A stretch of DNA of 64,000 nucleotides, from positions 49,213,065-49,277,064 of the forward strand of contig NC_057728.1 of assembly GCF_004010195.1 (NCBI RefSeq). The letters are read 5' to 3'. This DNA is from Chiloscyllium plagiosum (lineage: Eukaryota). The notes under the pieces are model-generated. The model did not search any database, was not told the DNA's origin, and saw only the letters and a list, made by a program, of their open reading frames with translations. Below, in pieces: positions 51,263-64,000 of this stretch; the first letter of the stretch is position 1; every line of letters begins with the position of its first letter. The translations under genes and the position numbers were made by a program.

Positions 51263-52659
51263 CTAAAGAGAAGGTTCCAATCAACAGTAGCAACAGAAAG
51301 ATGTATAATGGACACAGCGTGCGACAACACAATATTGAATTCCCTTTTTAAACCTTGCTGCCACTCCCTCTTCCTTTGAGATGCTCCTTCAAACCTCCCT
51401 TTCTCCTGCCCTCAGTGTAATGAGCTTGGAAGATCCATCAGCTTTGAACCTCTGGTCCCCAAAGCTCTCCACCATGGGGTGTGGGGGATTTCCAAACCTC
51501 ATTTCTGGATCTGCTTTCACTCAATGATAGAGATTGGCCACTACACTACGATTGATCAATAGCTTCATTGTTGTTTTATCAGTGTAGGAGAAGATGAAGG
51601 AGATGCACCTTGGGCTTTCTTGCCTGGCAGGTTGCCCAGTCTGCACCCTCTGTGTGACTCCAGCTGCATGATAATGTGGTTGCCACCTAACTACCTTTTA
51701 AACCCATTCAGTTTTATCAAACACACACAAGATGAGAGCCTGCCACTTCTTTCACAAGGCAACAAATATACAGCCTTGCCAACAATACTTATATCCCAAC
51801 AGTGAATAATTGTAAAAGAATGATTCCAATGTGTTTAGAAAAGAGGGATGGACAGAGGCTAGGGGAAATAGTTGAAATGAGAAACCAAGAATTATGGGAT
51901 CTTTCGGTGAGGGTGAAATTGGGGTGAGACACAAAGTGAATTTGATAGCTTCTGTCTTGCCTCTGTTTAACTAGAGGCTCATCTGTGAGACAACAGAGTG
52001 GCTGGCAGAGTTTGATTTGAGAGAAGAGGTAATGTTTGAGTCTCTGATATCGATTGTGATGCTGGTCCCATGTCACATTCTCATTAGAAAGCAGTTAATG
52101 TATTTTTTGACTCAGTTTTAGCAAACAGCAAATTATACCTCTCCCTATAATGACATTTCCCAATTGGAATATGTTGTATGTTTTACATCTGAGAGCTAAG
52201 CAGAGATGACTCTTTCTTTGTGTGTATCTCTTTTTTTACAATGCTTTAAATATCTAATCCACACTTCAGCTCTTGGCTTCTAACTGTTTGTGCAGTTTGT
52301 TGACTTTTCTTTGAGTTCACACCCAGAGTTAACCCATCAGTCACAGTGAGCATCAATTTTTAAAAAGACTCACATCAAGAAACCTGACTGACTGAACACT
52401 AGAGTGTAGACTGAATTAGATATGGCTATCAGCAGATCTGGCAGCATTTGTGGCAAGAGAGCTCTGTTTCTGTCTCCACTCAAGCTGCAAGATTTCTGCA
52501 GCACTCTCTATTTTTTTATTTCGGATTTTCAACATTTGCGGTATTTTGCAGTTATTAGACAGCTCCTCACCAAATACCACCTTGTAAACAAATTCCAAAC
52601 GTTCTCAAAGGTAACTACTGGGAATAGCGAAGAGCTGATGTTGTGTTTGGTAATCTTAC

Positions 52660-52784
52660 CTCAGCAATATGTCATCCAGCTTCTCCTTATCTGCTCCACA
52701 CTCATCATTGATGCACACGCTTATGAAAGTCTGACAAAAGTAGCGAAAGTTTCTTTCCAGGAGGCCCCAGATTAATGCTCGCAA
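52660..52784 (-). CDS. EFCAB6-like gene, coding exon
   Basis: ttgcag|...AG|gtaaga; 125 nt, phase 0-2; LRALIWGLLERNFRYFCQTFISVCINDECGADKEKLDDILL(R). Confidence 0.75.
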
Positions 52785-53500
52785 CTGCAAGATTTGGAAT
52801 AGGGACACACTATCAGGAGAGGACAAACACTTCCTCAGGCTTTATCCAGCTAGTATATTTGATTGATTTGTCTTGATTTATTGTTGTCACATGTACCTAA
52901 GTGCAGTGAAAAGTTTTGTATTGTGAGCAGTACAGGCAGATTATAGCATATAAGATCACAGATCATAGCATGTTTAGATAGAATGGGGCATACAAGGTGC
53001 ACAGGAGGTGCACAAAAGCAAAATCAGTATTAGGTTTAAACTTAGAGAGGTGTAGAGTCATAGAGCAGATCCTTCAGTCCAACTAGTCCATGCCAACCAT
53101 ATTCCCAAACTAAACTATATCCCTCCAAACCGTTCTGATTCATGTACATACCCAAATGTCTTTTAAATGTTTGTGATATCACAATCACATTTACAGACTT
53201 GGATCAACAGGATGCATTTATGTAGCGACTTTAACATTGTCCCAATGCAAAACTTGACAAGCTCATGAGGGGGAAGGGAAGAGAGAATTCTGATATTAGA
53301 TTTAGATTCCCCAAAGATGGGAGGAAGCTCAAGTGGAGCATGAATGCTAGCACAGACTGGTTGGGCCAAATGGCCTCCCCTGTGCTGTATTTCATTTGTA
53401 ATCCTTTGTGAAAAAAACTGAATTAAGAAAGAGAGAAAAAAACGAGAAAGAAAGAGTCAACAAACAAATAAAGAATAAAAAGATTCTGAGGACAACTTAC

Positions 53501-53557
53501 TACAGGAACAAGCCTCCAAACTTTGGACAGTTGCCTTTCTCGGCTGGGTAAGGTTGA
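53501..53557 (-). CDS. EFCAB6-like gene, possible 57-nt cassette exon
   Basis: actag|...|gtaagt; frame-preserving phase 0-0; STLPSRERQLSKVWRLVPV; no domain support. Confidence 0.4.
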
Positions 53558-53831
53558 CTAGTGTTGCAAGAATAGAAATTGTTCCATTAAAAGGGTTTTT
53601 ATGCTGTTAAATACCAACCTTAACAATTCTGTGGTGAGTTTAACAGGCAATTATATGTGAAGGTTAACAGTGGAGCAGTAGAAATCTGTCAGTAACCTGT
53701 GATAATTCACAATTTACAAGGGATCTCTTCCCTCATCGCTGGTTGATATATGCAGCATATACCTTTAACCTCAATGTCACTTTCCCAACAAATTCTAAGA
53801 TTAACTTAAAATTTGCGGTGATCCAGTTTAC

Positions 53832-53985
53832 CTCTTGAAGAGAGCGTGGCTTCTGTGCATTGCTGTATCTCGCCCAGTCACTCCCGAACCTGTCCAAGTA
53901 ACGGATTCTATCTATTCGGAAATTCTTATCATTCAAGAGAAGGGAATACTGGCTTACTTCCTGCTTCAGCTCCCCTGTGCTGGGT
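53832..53985 (-). CDS. EFCAB6-like gene, coding exon
   Basis: tgtag|...GAG|gtaaac; 154 nt, phase 2-0; PSTGELKQEVSQYSLLLNDKNFRIDRIRYLDRFGSDWARYSNAQKPRSLQE; an alternative donor exists near 53763. Confidence 0.65.
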
Positions 53986-54494
53986 CTACATTACAAACAA
54001 GGAAAATAACAAGAAGAAGGAATCAATCTAGGGCTGGCTGTATGAATCGGAGCTCCTTGTACAATCACAGAATTGTTCCAGCTCAGAAGGAGGCCATTCA
54101 GTCCATCTAATTCATTAAGTGGAAAATTAAACTGTGACTCCAATGTGTTAATTTTCAATGAAAGCTGCACCACACAACATAAGAACTGCCAAAGTAATTT
54201 CAAAACAATTAACCAGAAAATATATTGAATATTCTTTTATTTGTAAGCAAGAAATCCAAATTTGTCTACCACAGATCTGTATTTATAACACCATAAGTTG
54301 TAAAAGCAGCAGTTACCTATTTGACCCTTTGAATCTGCTCCACAATTCAATGAGATGATAGCAGATCTGATGATTTGCCTTTTCCTCATTACCCTTGATG
54401 CTCTTACTGATTAGTCTGGTCACAACAAGATGGACATCACTCCCAACAATCACTGATACTTTTCAAAATATCAGACTTCCTGGTACTGCTAACA

Positions 54495-54806
54495 ACATAG
54501 TGGTTAGCACTGCTGCCTCACAGCGCCAGGGACCCGGGTCCAATTCCAGCCTCGGGTAACTGTCTGTGTGGAGTTTGTACATTCTCCCCGTGACTGTGTG
54601 GATTTCCTCCGGGTGCTCCGGTTTCCTCCCACAGTCCAAAGATGTGCAGGTTAGGTGAGTTGGCCATGCTAAATTGCCCGTAATGTTAGGTGCATTAATC
54701 AGGGGTAAATGTAAGGGAATGGGTCTGGGTGGGTTGCACTTCGGAGTGTTGGTGTGGACTTGTTGGGCCAAAGAGCCTGTTTCCACACTGTAGGGAATCT
54801 AATCTA
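54495..54806 (+). mobile_element. HE1-type SINE
   Basis: agtggttagcactgctgcctcacagc...tgtagggaatctaatct. Confidence 0.9.
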
Positions 54807-54880
54807 AAAAATATAGAATGAGCAAAGGTGTTGCATTTACTTCACTCAGAAACTGTACATGTCTCAGATATTAAACTCAC

Positions 54881-55057
54881 CGGTTTTGAAAGAGGCCCAG
54901 GAACTTTGAGTAGGATACCAACATGTTTCCTGGGTCACCGATTTTCCCCACAATGTTATCAAGTTGATTTGCTGAGACCTGGATCTGAAAATTCTTCTCA
55001 ATGATTTCCTTAAATGCTTGAATGTTAACTGCCTCTTGCGTGCAACCCTTGACTTTT
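54881..55057 (-). CDS. EFCAB6-like gene, coding exon (degenerate EF-hand pair)
   Basis: aatag|...CG|gtgagt; 177 nt, phase 2-2; KVKGCTQEAVNIQAFKEIIEKNFQIQVSANQLDNIVGKIGDPGNMLVSYSKFLGLFQN(R). Confidence 0.8.
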
Positions 55058-55184
55058 CTATTGGGTCAAAAAATTAGACAAAACAATATATATGAAAGAT
55101 TATTAGGATGGATGCACACCCATGTAGATGGTGTTACCGTGGGAACCCCGCGCTTGTGAATATTTTCATTGGTTGTCATGAGAA

Positions 55185-55760
55185 GTGTGTCTTTGATGGA
55201 ATGATCACTAACCTCTGAACACTTATATGTCCGAGAAGTAGATGACACATTTGCAACATTAGCATCTGTAGCTGCATCGAAGAATTTTTTTACCTAGCGT
55301 AATGAATTCCATCAAAACTACCAGTGAAATGAAGCAATCAAATAGGCTCATTCTTCAATGTGAAACAAAATCAGAAATTGCTGGAAAAGCTCAGCAGTTC
55401 AGGCAGCATCTGTGGAGACAAATCAGAGTTAGCGTTTCAGGTCCAGAGACCCTCCTTCATTGGACCTGAAGTGTTAACTCCGATTTCTGCCAGACCTGCT
55501 GAGCTTTTCCGGCAGTTTATGATGTTGTTTAAGATTTCCAGCATCTGCAGTTATTTTGGTTTTTTTGTCATTCCTCAATGTATTAGTTGGAAAATCTCTG
55601 CAACTATTTACTGAAAGCCTATTTTCCTGGTCACTTTCCATGTTGGGACTCTGACAGCACAGCTGCTACAGGTTTAGTTGCACTAGCAACTCGTGAATAG
55701 GGCCCTAAGCCTCTGCTTTTGCTGAAACAGGGCATATCAATCCCATCATTCAGGAGCCTG
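55185..55760 (+). mobile_element. old Penelope-like RT fragment, interrupted by the palindromic element 55362-55567
   Basis: EVDDTFA (YVDDTF-like) and later IY.KP remnants; 14-bp TSD TCATTC(T/C)TCAATGT around the insert. Confidence 0.55.
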
Positions 55761-56399
55761 TTTTATGTAGGTAAAAGAAATTTGCACTCACAATGAACCT
55801 TTCTCATGGCAGAAAAAGCATCATGGAGACTGCCAATCGTTGCTGCATCCCCATGGCAACAACCTGACAAATCAGAATCTACTTGCTTGGTCTGAAAATG
55901 AAGAGTGACAGTTAACTGTTCTCAATGTACCTCCATGTCAATGAGCACCCTCTTTCCATGTTGTGTAGATTGGCATCCTTTTTCAAATCTGTTTCCTGTA
56001 TCCTAGCAAGACAAAAAGCCTTGACAACGTGTCTCCTATCAGCAACATTTAAAGGTATATGAGCAAGGAGAAGGCATTTCTAGTCTCGTTCTCCACTCTA
56101 TTATATTTTGTATGTTGGCATGTTCATATTAGATCATAGCAAATCTATATTCTATCTTGGTTGCATCGCACTTAACATCCTTACCTAACCAGAATCCATC
56201 AATCTCAATTTTTAAAGTTCATATTGATCTTCAGTTTCAACTGCACTTTTTTTTAGGGAGATTCATGGTTTCAGATTTCTGCTACTCTTTGTGTGATGAA
56301 GTGCTTCCTCACGTCATCCTGAACTAATTTTAAGATTATTCCTCCATCATTTTGGATTCCCTCCACCACAGGAACAGATTCCTCTTTATCAATGCTGTC

Positions 56400-56820
56400 A
56401 AATCCTCCATTGCCATAGCGAATCAGACTGCAAATTGGAGGAACAATACCTCATCTTCTGCCTGGGCAGCCTACAGCTCAGAGGAATCTACAATGATTTC
56501 TCCAATTTCAAATAACCTCCCTTCCCATCCCCCGACTCCATTTCCAGCCCTTCCCCCTCCCTTCCAATCCTCTGACTGACCCTTCAATCCAGCTACCAAA
56601 TGGATTCATTCCTTTCATCAACCAACTAGGTCATACCCTCTACCTGTGCTCACCTATCCCTACCTCACTACTCCACTCTCCGCACCCAAACTGCTCCACC
56701 ACCACCCCTCCCCTGACACCATCCCATGTCCTGAAGAAGGGTTACACTCCAAAAGGTTGACTTCTCCAACTCCTGATGCTGCCCGGTTTGCTGTGTTCTT
56801 CCAGCCTCCTGCTTGTCTAC
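56400..56820 (+). mobile_element. Penelope-like element 3' end
   Basis: KLEEQYLIFCLGSLQ remnant; degenerate hammerhead at ~56728-56763. Confidence 0.7.
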
Positions 56821-57082
56821 ATCAAATCCTTTAATCATTTAAAATATCTGAATTGGATCCCTGTTTAATTACATGCTTTTATATGGAATACGGGCCTAGT
56901 CCAGAACTGCTGAAGCTTTTCATGTTGGATTCATTCACCACAACCCAAACCAACCCAACTGTGGTATAAACTGTTGTGACCATCTGAAATTTGGCAATTT
57001 TAAAAAAGAATTCTTGCGTGAGGGTCATTGTTACCCATCCCTAATCAACCTTGAAATGACTGGCTCTCTAGACCATGTTTGG

Positions 57083-57387
57083 ATTAGATTCCCTACAGTG
57101 TGGAAACAGGCCCTTTGGCCCAACAAGTCCACACTGACCCTCCAAAGAGTAACCCACCCAGACCCATTTTCCTCTAACTAATGTACCTAACACTATGGGC
57201 AATTTAGCATGGCCAATTCACCTGACCTGCACATCTTTGGAGGGAAACCAGAGCACCTGGAAGAAACCCATGTAGACACAGGGAGAATGTACAAACTCCA
57301 CACAGACAGTCGCCCCAGGCTGGAATTGAACTTGGGTCCCTGGCGCTGTGAGGCTGCAGTGCTAACCACTCAGCCACTACGCCACCC
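57083..57387 (-). mobile_element. HE1-type SINE
   Basis: full head, core and tail. Confidence 0.88.
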
Positions 57388-58094
57388 CAAAATGTTAGAA
57401 GGCAATTAAGAGTCAACCATTTTGCTACAGGTACGGAGTCAAAGACCAGACCAGCTAAGGATGGCAGATTTCATTCCCTGAACTCATATTGGTGAATCAG
57501 ATGGATTTTTAAAATGACTTTTGTTACATGGTGACCATCAAACTAGCTTTGTTTCTAAGTTTTCATTACAATGAAATTTCATCATCTACCATTGTGGGAT
57601 GTGAACCCATGATCTCAGAGCATTAGCCTAGAACTCTGGCGTACCAGGTCACTAACATTTCTGCTACACCACTACCAGCCTCTTGACTTAACTATGGCAT
57701 CATCTTTCAGAAAAGGGTCAGATTTGACTTGCTTTGCAGTTGCCCCACAAACACTACATTATTCGCACATTATAAATTCAATCTGAATAAAGGGTTGAAT
57801 TTGTCTGATAAGTGCAAACCAAAAGGTGTTAGCAACGTAACTTTTTTATTTTAACAATATTCAAGTATAGTTTATACACCACGGGTGAGGATGATAAAAT
57901 ATTCCTTTAATCTCAACTATGTTCTTCATACTAGAACTTTGAGAGGTACTGAACTGGAAGGAAATTCTGTCACAATCCATTGCAAAATCAAACACTCTTC
58001 AATCACCCAGTTACAACTTGATCTGATCTTTCCTTCATTCATTAGCAAGGGTGCATGTTTGAGATAAATATATAAAGTATAAGCATGTAGGTAC

Positions 58095-58205
58095 CTGAAT
58101 GCTGCCAAGAGGTGAAGGTAGAGCCTGTGACACTGGTTCAACAAACAAACCATTGCTTCAGAGGCAGTCAGACTGCCCTTAGCGGCCCTCAAAGCTCCTC
58201 CATCA
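58095..58205 (-). CDS. EFCAB6-like gene, coding exon
   Basis: ttctcag|...AG|gtacct; 111 nt, phase 2-2; DGGALRAAKGSLTASEAMVCLLNQCHRLYLHLLAAF(R). Confidence 0.7.
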
Positions 58206-59403
58206 CTGAGAAACCAATAAGAGATTGAACAGCAGGTATTAGAGGTGAATTAGTCATTTGCGAAATATAAATGCTTCAAGCTGAAAGCTGTGATAGGGCA
58301 CAGGGTTAGAGAAGGGAAATAGGATCAGCGTGGAAAGCTCCAAGCCCCCACTGTAAGGTGACACGGCCATTGATTTGAGGCTTGGTTGGACAAACCACAT
58401 TATTTTTATTCATTTGGGATGCTTGCATCGCTGGCTAAGTCAGCATTTATTGCCCATTCAGAATTAAGGGACAATTACATTGCTGTGGATATGGAGTCAC
58501 ATGTATACCAAACGTTGTAAGGATGGCAGATAGAACGTAGAATGCAGTACAGGCCCTTCGGCCCTCAATGTTGCGCTGAACTGTGAAACCAATCTGAAGC
58601 CTATCTAACCTACACCATTCCATGATCATCCACATGTTTATCTAATGACCATTTAAATGCCCTTCAAGTAGGCGAGTCTACTACTGTTGCAGGCAGGGCA
58701 TTCCATACCCTTCTCTTTCCAAAAGGGTATTAGTGAAGGGAAGAACTTTTTTTATAGACAATCAACAGAGATTACATGGTGGTCATTCTATTAGATTTTA
58801 ATTTCAGATTTGCCATGAGGGATTGAAACCCACTTGTCCAGGACATCAGCCTGACCCTCTGGACTATGAGTCCAGTGACATTACCATTATGCCACCGCCT
58901 AAATAAAAAATATGGCTAAAAGAGCATTTCCACCATCTACATACATCCAGGAGTGTGATGTCTGGATAGGAGCTTCTCTGAAAACATTCAGGATGCTCAA
59001 CCCCATCCAGAACCAAGCAGCTCCCTCAATCAACATCCCATTCACCTCCTTAAACATTCATATACTGTGCATTGACACAAAGAGTGTCCACCATCTACAA
59101 GATCCATGCATTCCCACTGGTTGAGTTACCTGGGACTTAACCTTGGCATCATCTTCTGGAACAGGCTCAGATTTGATCTGCTTTGCAGTTTTCCCACAAA
59201 TGCTACATAATCCACATACCCATCCTTTCGTCTTAAATTCAATCTGAATAAAGGGTAGAATTACATTTAACAATCAATTATTTCTTACACAATGATTCAA
59301 TCAGAGAAAAAAGAAATTGTGCATTTGGTATAACATTATTCCACCAGAATAAGTTTAGGATTCTGTAATGTTACATGGCAGAAATAGACTGTTTGGACCC
59401 TCA

Positions 59404-59457
59404 TTTTTTTTTTTTTTTTTTAGATTACTTACAGTGTGGAAACAGGCCCTTCGGCCC
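59404..59457 (-). mobile_element. heavily 5'-truncated HE1 3' end with A18 tail, between 74-bp direct repeats
   Basis: T18 + AGATTACTTACAGTGTGGAAACAGGCCCTTCGGCCC; identical flanks 59330-59403 and 59458-59531. Confidence 0.85.
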
Positions 59458-60194
59458 ATAACATTATTCCACCAGAATAAGTTTAGGATTCTGTAATGTT
59501 ACATGGCAGAAATAGACTGTTTGGACCCTCACATTTGAATCAGGACTCATTAGAACTAGCTGTTCCTGAATAGAGGGTTTTTTTTTGCCACGACACAGTC
59601 TCATAGAACCTTTCCTGAATCGAGAGAATTTTGGAAAATTAACACTACTAGCTTATTAGCAACCTCTTTTAAGATCCTAGGATGAAGTCCATCTGTAACT
59701 CCTGCTTCCCTTGTGATTGTTTTTCATTCAGTTCCTCTTTTACTCCCATCTCTAGATTTGAAGCTGTGAGTGGAATTATTTTTGTATGGTCTGTAATGAA
59801 GCAGCAAAATATTTGTTCATTTCATCCATAATTTTCTTATTATCTACTATTATCTTACCATTCTCACTCTCTAGAGGACCCATGCTCACATTACTTAGTT
59901 TTCCTTTTTAAGTTGCTGGAGAAACTCTTGCTATCTGCTTCTTTCACATTCCTAGCTAGCTCCCTTCCATAATCTAATTTCTTCCTCCTTATTAACCTTT
60001 TAGTCATTCTCTGCATTCTAATCAATCATTTGACTTGCCACTCACGGAACAGTTATGTGATCTTTACCCAATTTTGACGTTTTCCTGAATATCTTTGTTC
60101 AATCAGCCTCCCCTTAGAATTATACTTTGCGGTAGGAAGGAATCTATTTATTCAGAGTATTGTTAAATATCCCCTGTAATGTGTCTCATAAATT

Positions 60195-60465
60195 ATAGAA
60201 TCCCTACAATGCAGAAAGAGACCATTCAGTCCAACAACCCCCTGAAGAGCATCCCACCACCCTCTCCCTGTAACGCTGCATTTCCCAACACTAAACCACC
60301 TAGCCTACACATTCCTGGACACTATGGGGCAACTTACCATGGCCAATCGACCTACCCTACCTTTCAACTGTAGGAGGCTAGCCACACAGACAAGGGGAGA
60401 ATATACAGACTCCACAAGGCTAGAAACAATGTGAGGCAGCAGCACTAACCACTGAGCCATCATGT
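60195..60465 (-). mobile_element. HE1-type SINE (degenerate)
   Basis: gaggcagcagcactaaccact head and tail remnants. Confidence 0.65.
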
Positions 60466-62134
60466 GTCGCCTATGATCTGTATCCTTGTTTAGTCTGTCA
60501 GTTCACCTCAGCTCCCTGAGCTTTCATGCTCACACATGCTTACACTTATTAAAGTTTAAAATGCTGGTCTTAGAACTAATGAAACATTTTGATAACGAGG
60601 ATTTTAAAATCAAAGTATGACATAACCAGAATCCAATGCTACTGAGGGATTGGAAAAGTTAAATTCAGAATATCACTCCAATTGAATTGCAAGAAATGGC
60701 CAGGGCATTGTAGACTTAAAGGAAGCGTTTCTTATACAAAAAGTAAGATTGACGAAGTCGGTTCTTAAATAAAGTAGTGCAGTTGAAAACCTAGGCTGAT
60801 TCCAACTTGTAGAGTGTGAAGGAAGGTACCACAGGCTTAATGCAGTTTCCTATTTCGGTTTGGTATAATAGATGGATTCACACACATGCAGCATAAATCT
60901 TCTTCAGACACATCTTCCTTTGGGAAACAGCCTGAATGATTATAGGAGAGAAATCAGTCAAACCTCTGGGGATACAGAATGAGAGCTATTTGTTTGATGA
61001 ACTATGAACTTTATTTGATTGGCCAACTCAACTGTGTGAGCTGTGAGTTTTTTCTGCTGCATGACTCTGCTTTCTGGGTCATTGCAAACATTGAGGAGAA
61101 GAATTTCATTTCTATCTTGATGGCACTGACTCCTGGTGAAATTTCCACCGCCACCAGCTTCCCAGTGTCCCAGATGAGGGCCTTTGCCACCGTTATGACC
61201 TATCAGAATCTCAGCAGAGAAGGCACTCAAAATCAACAGTGGCTCACTCTCTCTGTCAGCCTGATGGTTATGAGCTCAAGTGCTTTTATCAGATCTGAAA
61301 TACCAGGCGGAATCTAACAGGGCACAAAGGAATCTAACCCACTGTTTTGACAACTGGTCAAAACCACCCCAGTTTCGTGGGGTAGGCTTAAGAGAACCAA
61401 ATGGCCATCAGACACTTAACTGGCCACCGTTGGGCCTTCTGCAGAATTGAGGACCTGAGGGGTAGAAATCCCACTTACTGAGAACTTTTAGCCAACCAGA
61501 GGTCACAGACTCTTCATTACTGTTAGCACCAATGGGACACCAGTGGCAACTGCTGATAATGCACCCAAAATGGCCACAGGATCAATGATGAACCCCAGGC
61601 TAAACATGAGTGAGGGTGCGATGCTGGTTGCAAGGTGTTGCATGGAGGAGGGGCAGGCCAAGGGGTTGAAGACAAGGGCTAGAGTGTATCTTTCAACAGC
61701 TTCCCCTTCCTAGTCCCTCAATCAGTGTCTGATTCCAAGTCTCCTTCTCTCTCACACAAACACACAGGCTCACAACTCCAGTAGCATGGGCAGTCTTCAG
61801 GAAGCATTGGAAAATCATGTGACTCCCATTGAATCGCTGAGTCACAATGGAATTCCAGTGGACTCAGGGATAACTAGTGCCAAATGCCCTGTCAATGAAC
61901 CTAATTGAGATCCGGTCGCTGTTTCCACCTTCATGTTAATTGAAGTCTGTTTTCCCAACACACGGGAATTCAACATGGATTTTTCCACCCATTGCCCTGG
62001 TACCTGCCATTGTGTCTGTTCCCGTGGCTCAATTAAGTTTCAATCATTAGCTCAGCTATCCTGTTCACAAATACCTGCCTGACCTGCACAGTGTTTGCTG
62101 GATGTTTGAGCTTTGGGTTGAATAAGTAATCCAA

Positions 62135-62290
62135 GTTGACAGGCCACATGCAATACTGAGGGAATGCTGCACTGTTAGACATGTTAGTTTTCATGTGAGG
62201 AATTAAATTAAGGACCAGTCTGTCCCCTCAATATGCCATGAGTCCTCTTTCAAAGAGCAGCTGAGATTTCTTTCCAGTGTTCGAGTTAAT
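62135..62290 (+). mobile_element. Deu-domain SINE remnant (SacSINE1/AmnSINE1-like)
   Basis: tgcaatactgagggaatgctgcactgt...tgaggaattaaa..ggaccagtctgtcc resembles the recalled Deu core. Confidence 0.5.
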
Positions 62291-62317
62291 GTCAATGAAT
62301 TTTTCAGCCTAGGCTTA

Positions 62318-62608
62318 GCAGTTAGCATTGCTGCCTCGCAGCGCTAGGGACCTGGGTTCAATTCCAGCCTCGGGCAACTGTCTCCCCCGTTTCTGCAAGG
62401 GTTTCCTCCCACAGTCCAAAGATGGACAGAGGAGGTGGACTGGCCATGCTATATTGCCCATAGTGTCCAGGTTAGGTGGGTTAGGCATGGGAAAATCCAG
62501 GGTTATAGGGAGAGGTTGGGAGGTGGGTCTGGGTGGGATGCTCTTCAGAGGGGTTGGTCTTAACTCGATGGGCTGAATGGCCTCCTTCCACACTGTAGGG
62601 ATTTTATA
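62318..62608 (+). mobile_element. HE1-type SINE
   Basis: ttagcattgctgcctc...cacactgtagggatt. Confidence 0.8.
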
Positions 62609-64000
62609 ATTCCATGAAAGAAGGGGAATGAGAAATCTGGAACATTACCCCCCAAATAGCTAGCGAGGTGAATAGCTGTGACTTGGGAGCAGGAGTAGGG
62701 CATTCAGACGTGTTAACCTGCTCCACTATTCAATAACATCATGGTTGCTCTAATTATTCCATATTCCTGGATGTCCTCAACAACCTTTCACCTCCCTTCC
62801 CCACACCACCTAGCTTATCAAGAATCTATCCATCTTGTCCTTAAAAATATTCACATTCTCTGCAACCACTATCTTTTGGGAAAGAGAGTTCTAAAGACTC
62901 ACTACTCCTAATAAGAAAAAAATGTTTCTCATCTCAGTCACGTGACACAACTCCTTTGTTTTAATCAGTGGCCCCTTGTTCTCGATTGTTCCGCAAGATG
63001 AAATATTCTCTCCATATTCACCCTGTCAAGGATCTTAGAGGTTGCCATCAAATTACCTTACACCTTTATATGACACAAGCTCAGTCTGTTAAGACAGAGA
63101 TAAGCCTTAATCTAATTGAATGACAGAATATATGACTCTATAACAGACTTGATGGGCTGAATGATCTCCTCCTGTTTCAATGTTCTTATTATTCCCTCAT
63201 TCTATAACATTCCTGGTGAATAGCTTATGTTCAAAATGTCGACTCTCCTGCCTGACCAGCTGTGCTTTTCTAGCGCCAGACTCTTCGACTCATTCTACAA
63301 CACTCAAACACATTACCCAGTCACCTGTGTCACTGTACATTGTGTATCATGGTGATTAGAACAGTGACTAGGGGAATCATGTGTTACGGGGGAAAGGGTA
63401 GGGAAGTGGATGTAAGGAATGTTGGATCAGTCATGATCCTACCGAATGGCGGAACAGACTGAAGTTGCTCTTGAGAAGGTGGTGGTGAACTGCCTTTTGA
63501 ACCATTACGATCCATTTCCTGTAGATACACCCATCATGCTGTGAGCAAGAAAGTTACAGGATTTTGACAGGGCGACAATGAAGGAACGGCGATATATTTC
63601 CAAGTCTGGATGGTGACTGGCTTGAGGTGGAAATTGCAGGTTGTGGTGTTCCCATGCATCTGCTCCCTAAGTCCTTCTGAATGCCAGGGGCTTGGAAGAT
63701 GCTGTGAGGAAAGAACCAGATGCCAGATACTTACACATACTGGGAGGTGAGTTGAGGCTGTGGAGGGAATTGAGTGTGAGAATAAGAGTTGTAAATATGA
63801 GGCACTGCCAGACCAGTGAGCCCAGTGGGCAGTGGATGAATGTTACTTGGTGAAAGTTAGATCTGTTCTCATTGATGACTCTGTTTCCTAGCCACTGATT
63901 TCATCCTTCTCTTCAGCAAACAGCTAGGGAGACTTTGATGTTGTACTTGACTCTGGGATGTATTTGCAACCACATATTCACACAATATTAAGACCATCCA

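Noticed and set aside
54495..54560. tRNA-like A/B boxes
   Set aside because: Head of a tRNA-derived SINE, not a tRNA gene.
60830..60931. Candidate further exon of the EF-hand gene on - (ttcag acceptor at 60932)
   Set aside because: All three frames hit a stop before the obvious donor; it could only work with a weak internal donor, so it is unsupported.

Overview
Eukaryotic, repeat-rich genomic DNA, almost certainly from a shark: it carries many HE1-type SINEs, CR1/HER1 LINE fragments and Penelope-like elements. Two host genes converge. On + are the last five coding exons of GAS2L3 (3994-17378; CH domain, GAR domain, low-complexity tail). On - are the last 6-7 coding exons of a multi-EF-hand, EFCAB6-like gene (58205 down to 47414). 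Between them lies a full-length but decayed endogenous retrovirus on the - strand (25547-36859). It has two LTRs, a 4-bp TSD (ACTC), a tRNA-Ser PBS, a repeat-containing leader, gag with one full and one partial CCHC knuckle, PR, YVDD RT, IN and a gamma-type env. The provirus was hit twice more: a CR1 replaced much of the tether/RNase H region, and a 28S rRNA fragment joined to an HE1 SINE sits in the leader with a fold-back junction. Across the window, at least three families of short palindromic Penelope-derived elements carry minimal hammerhead-ribozyme cores. All calls were made by eye without database searches; repeat boundaries are approximate and family names come from recalled motifs.
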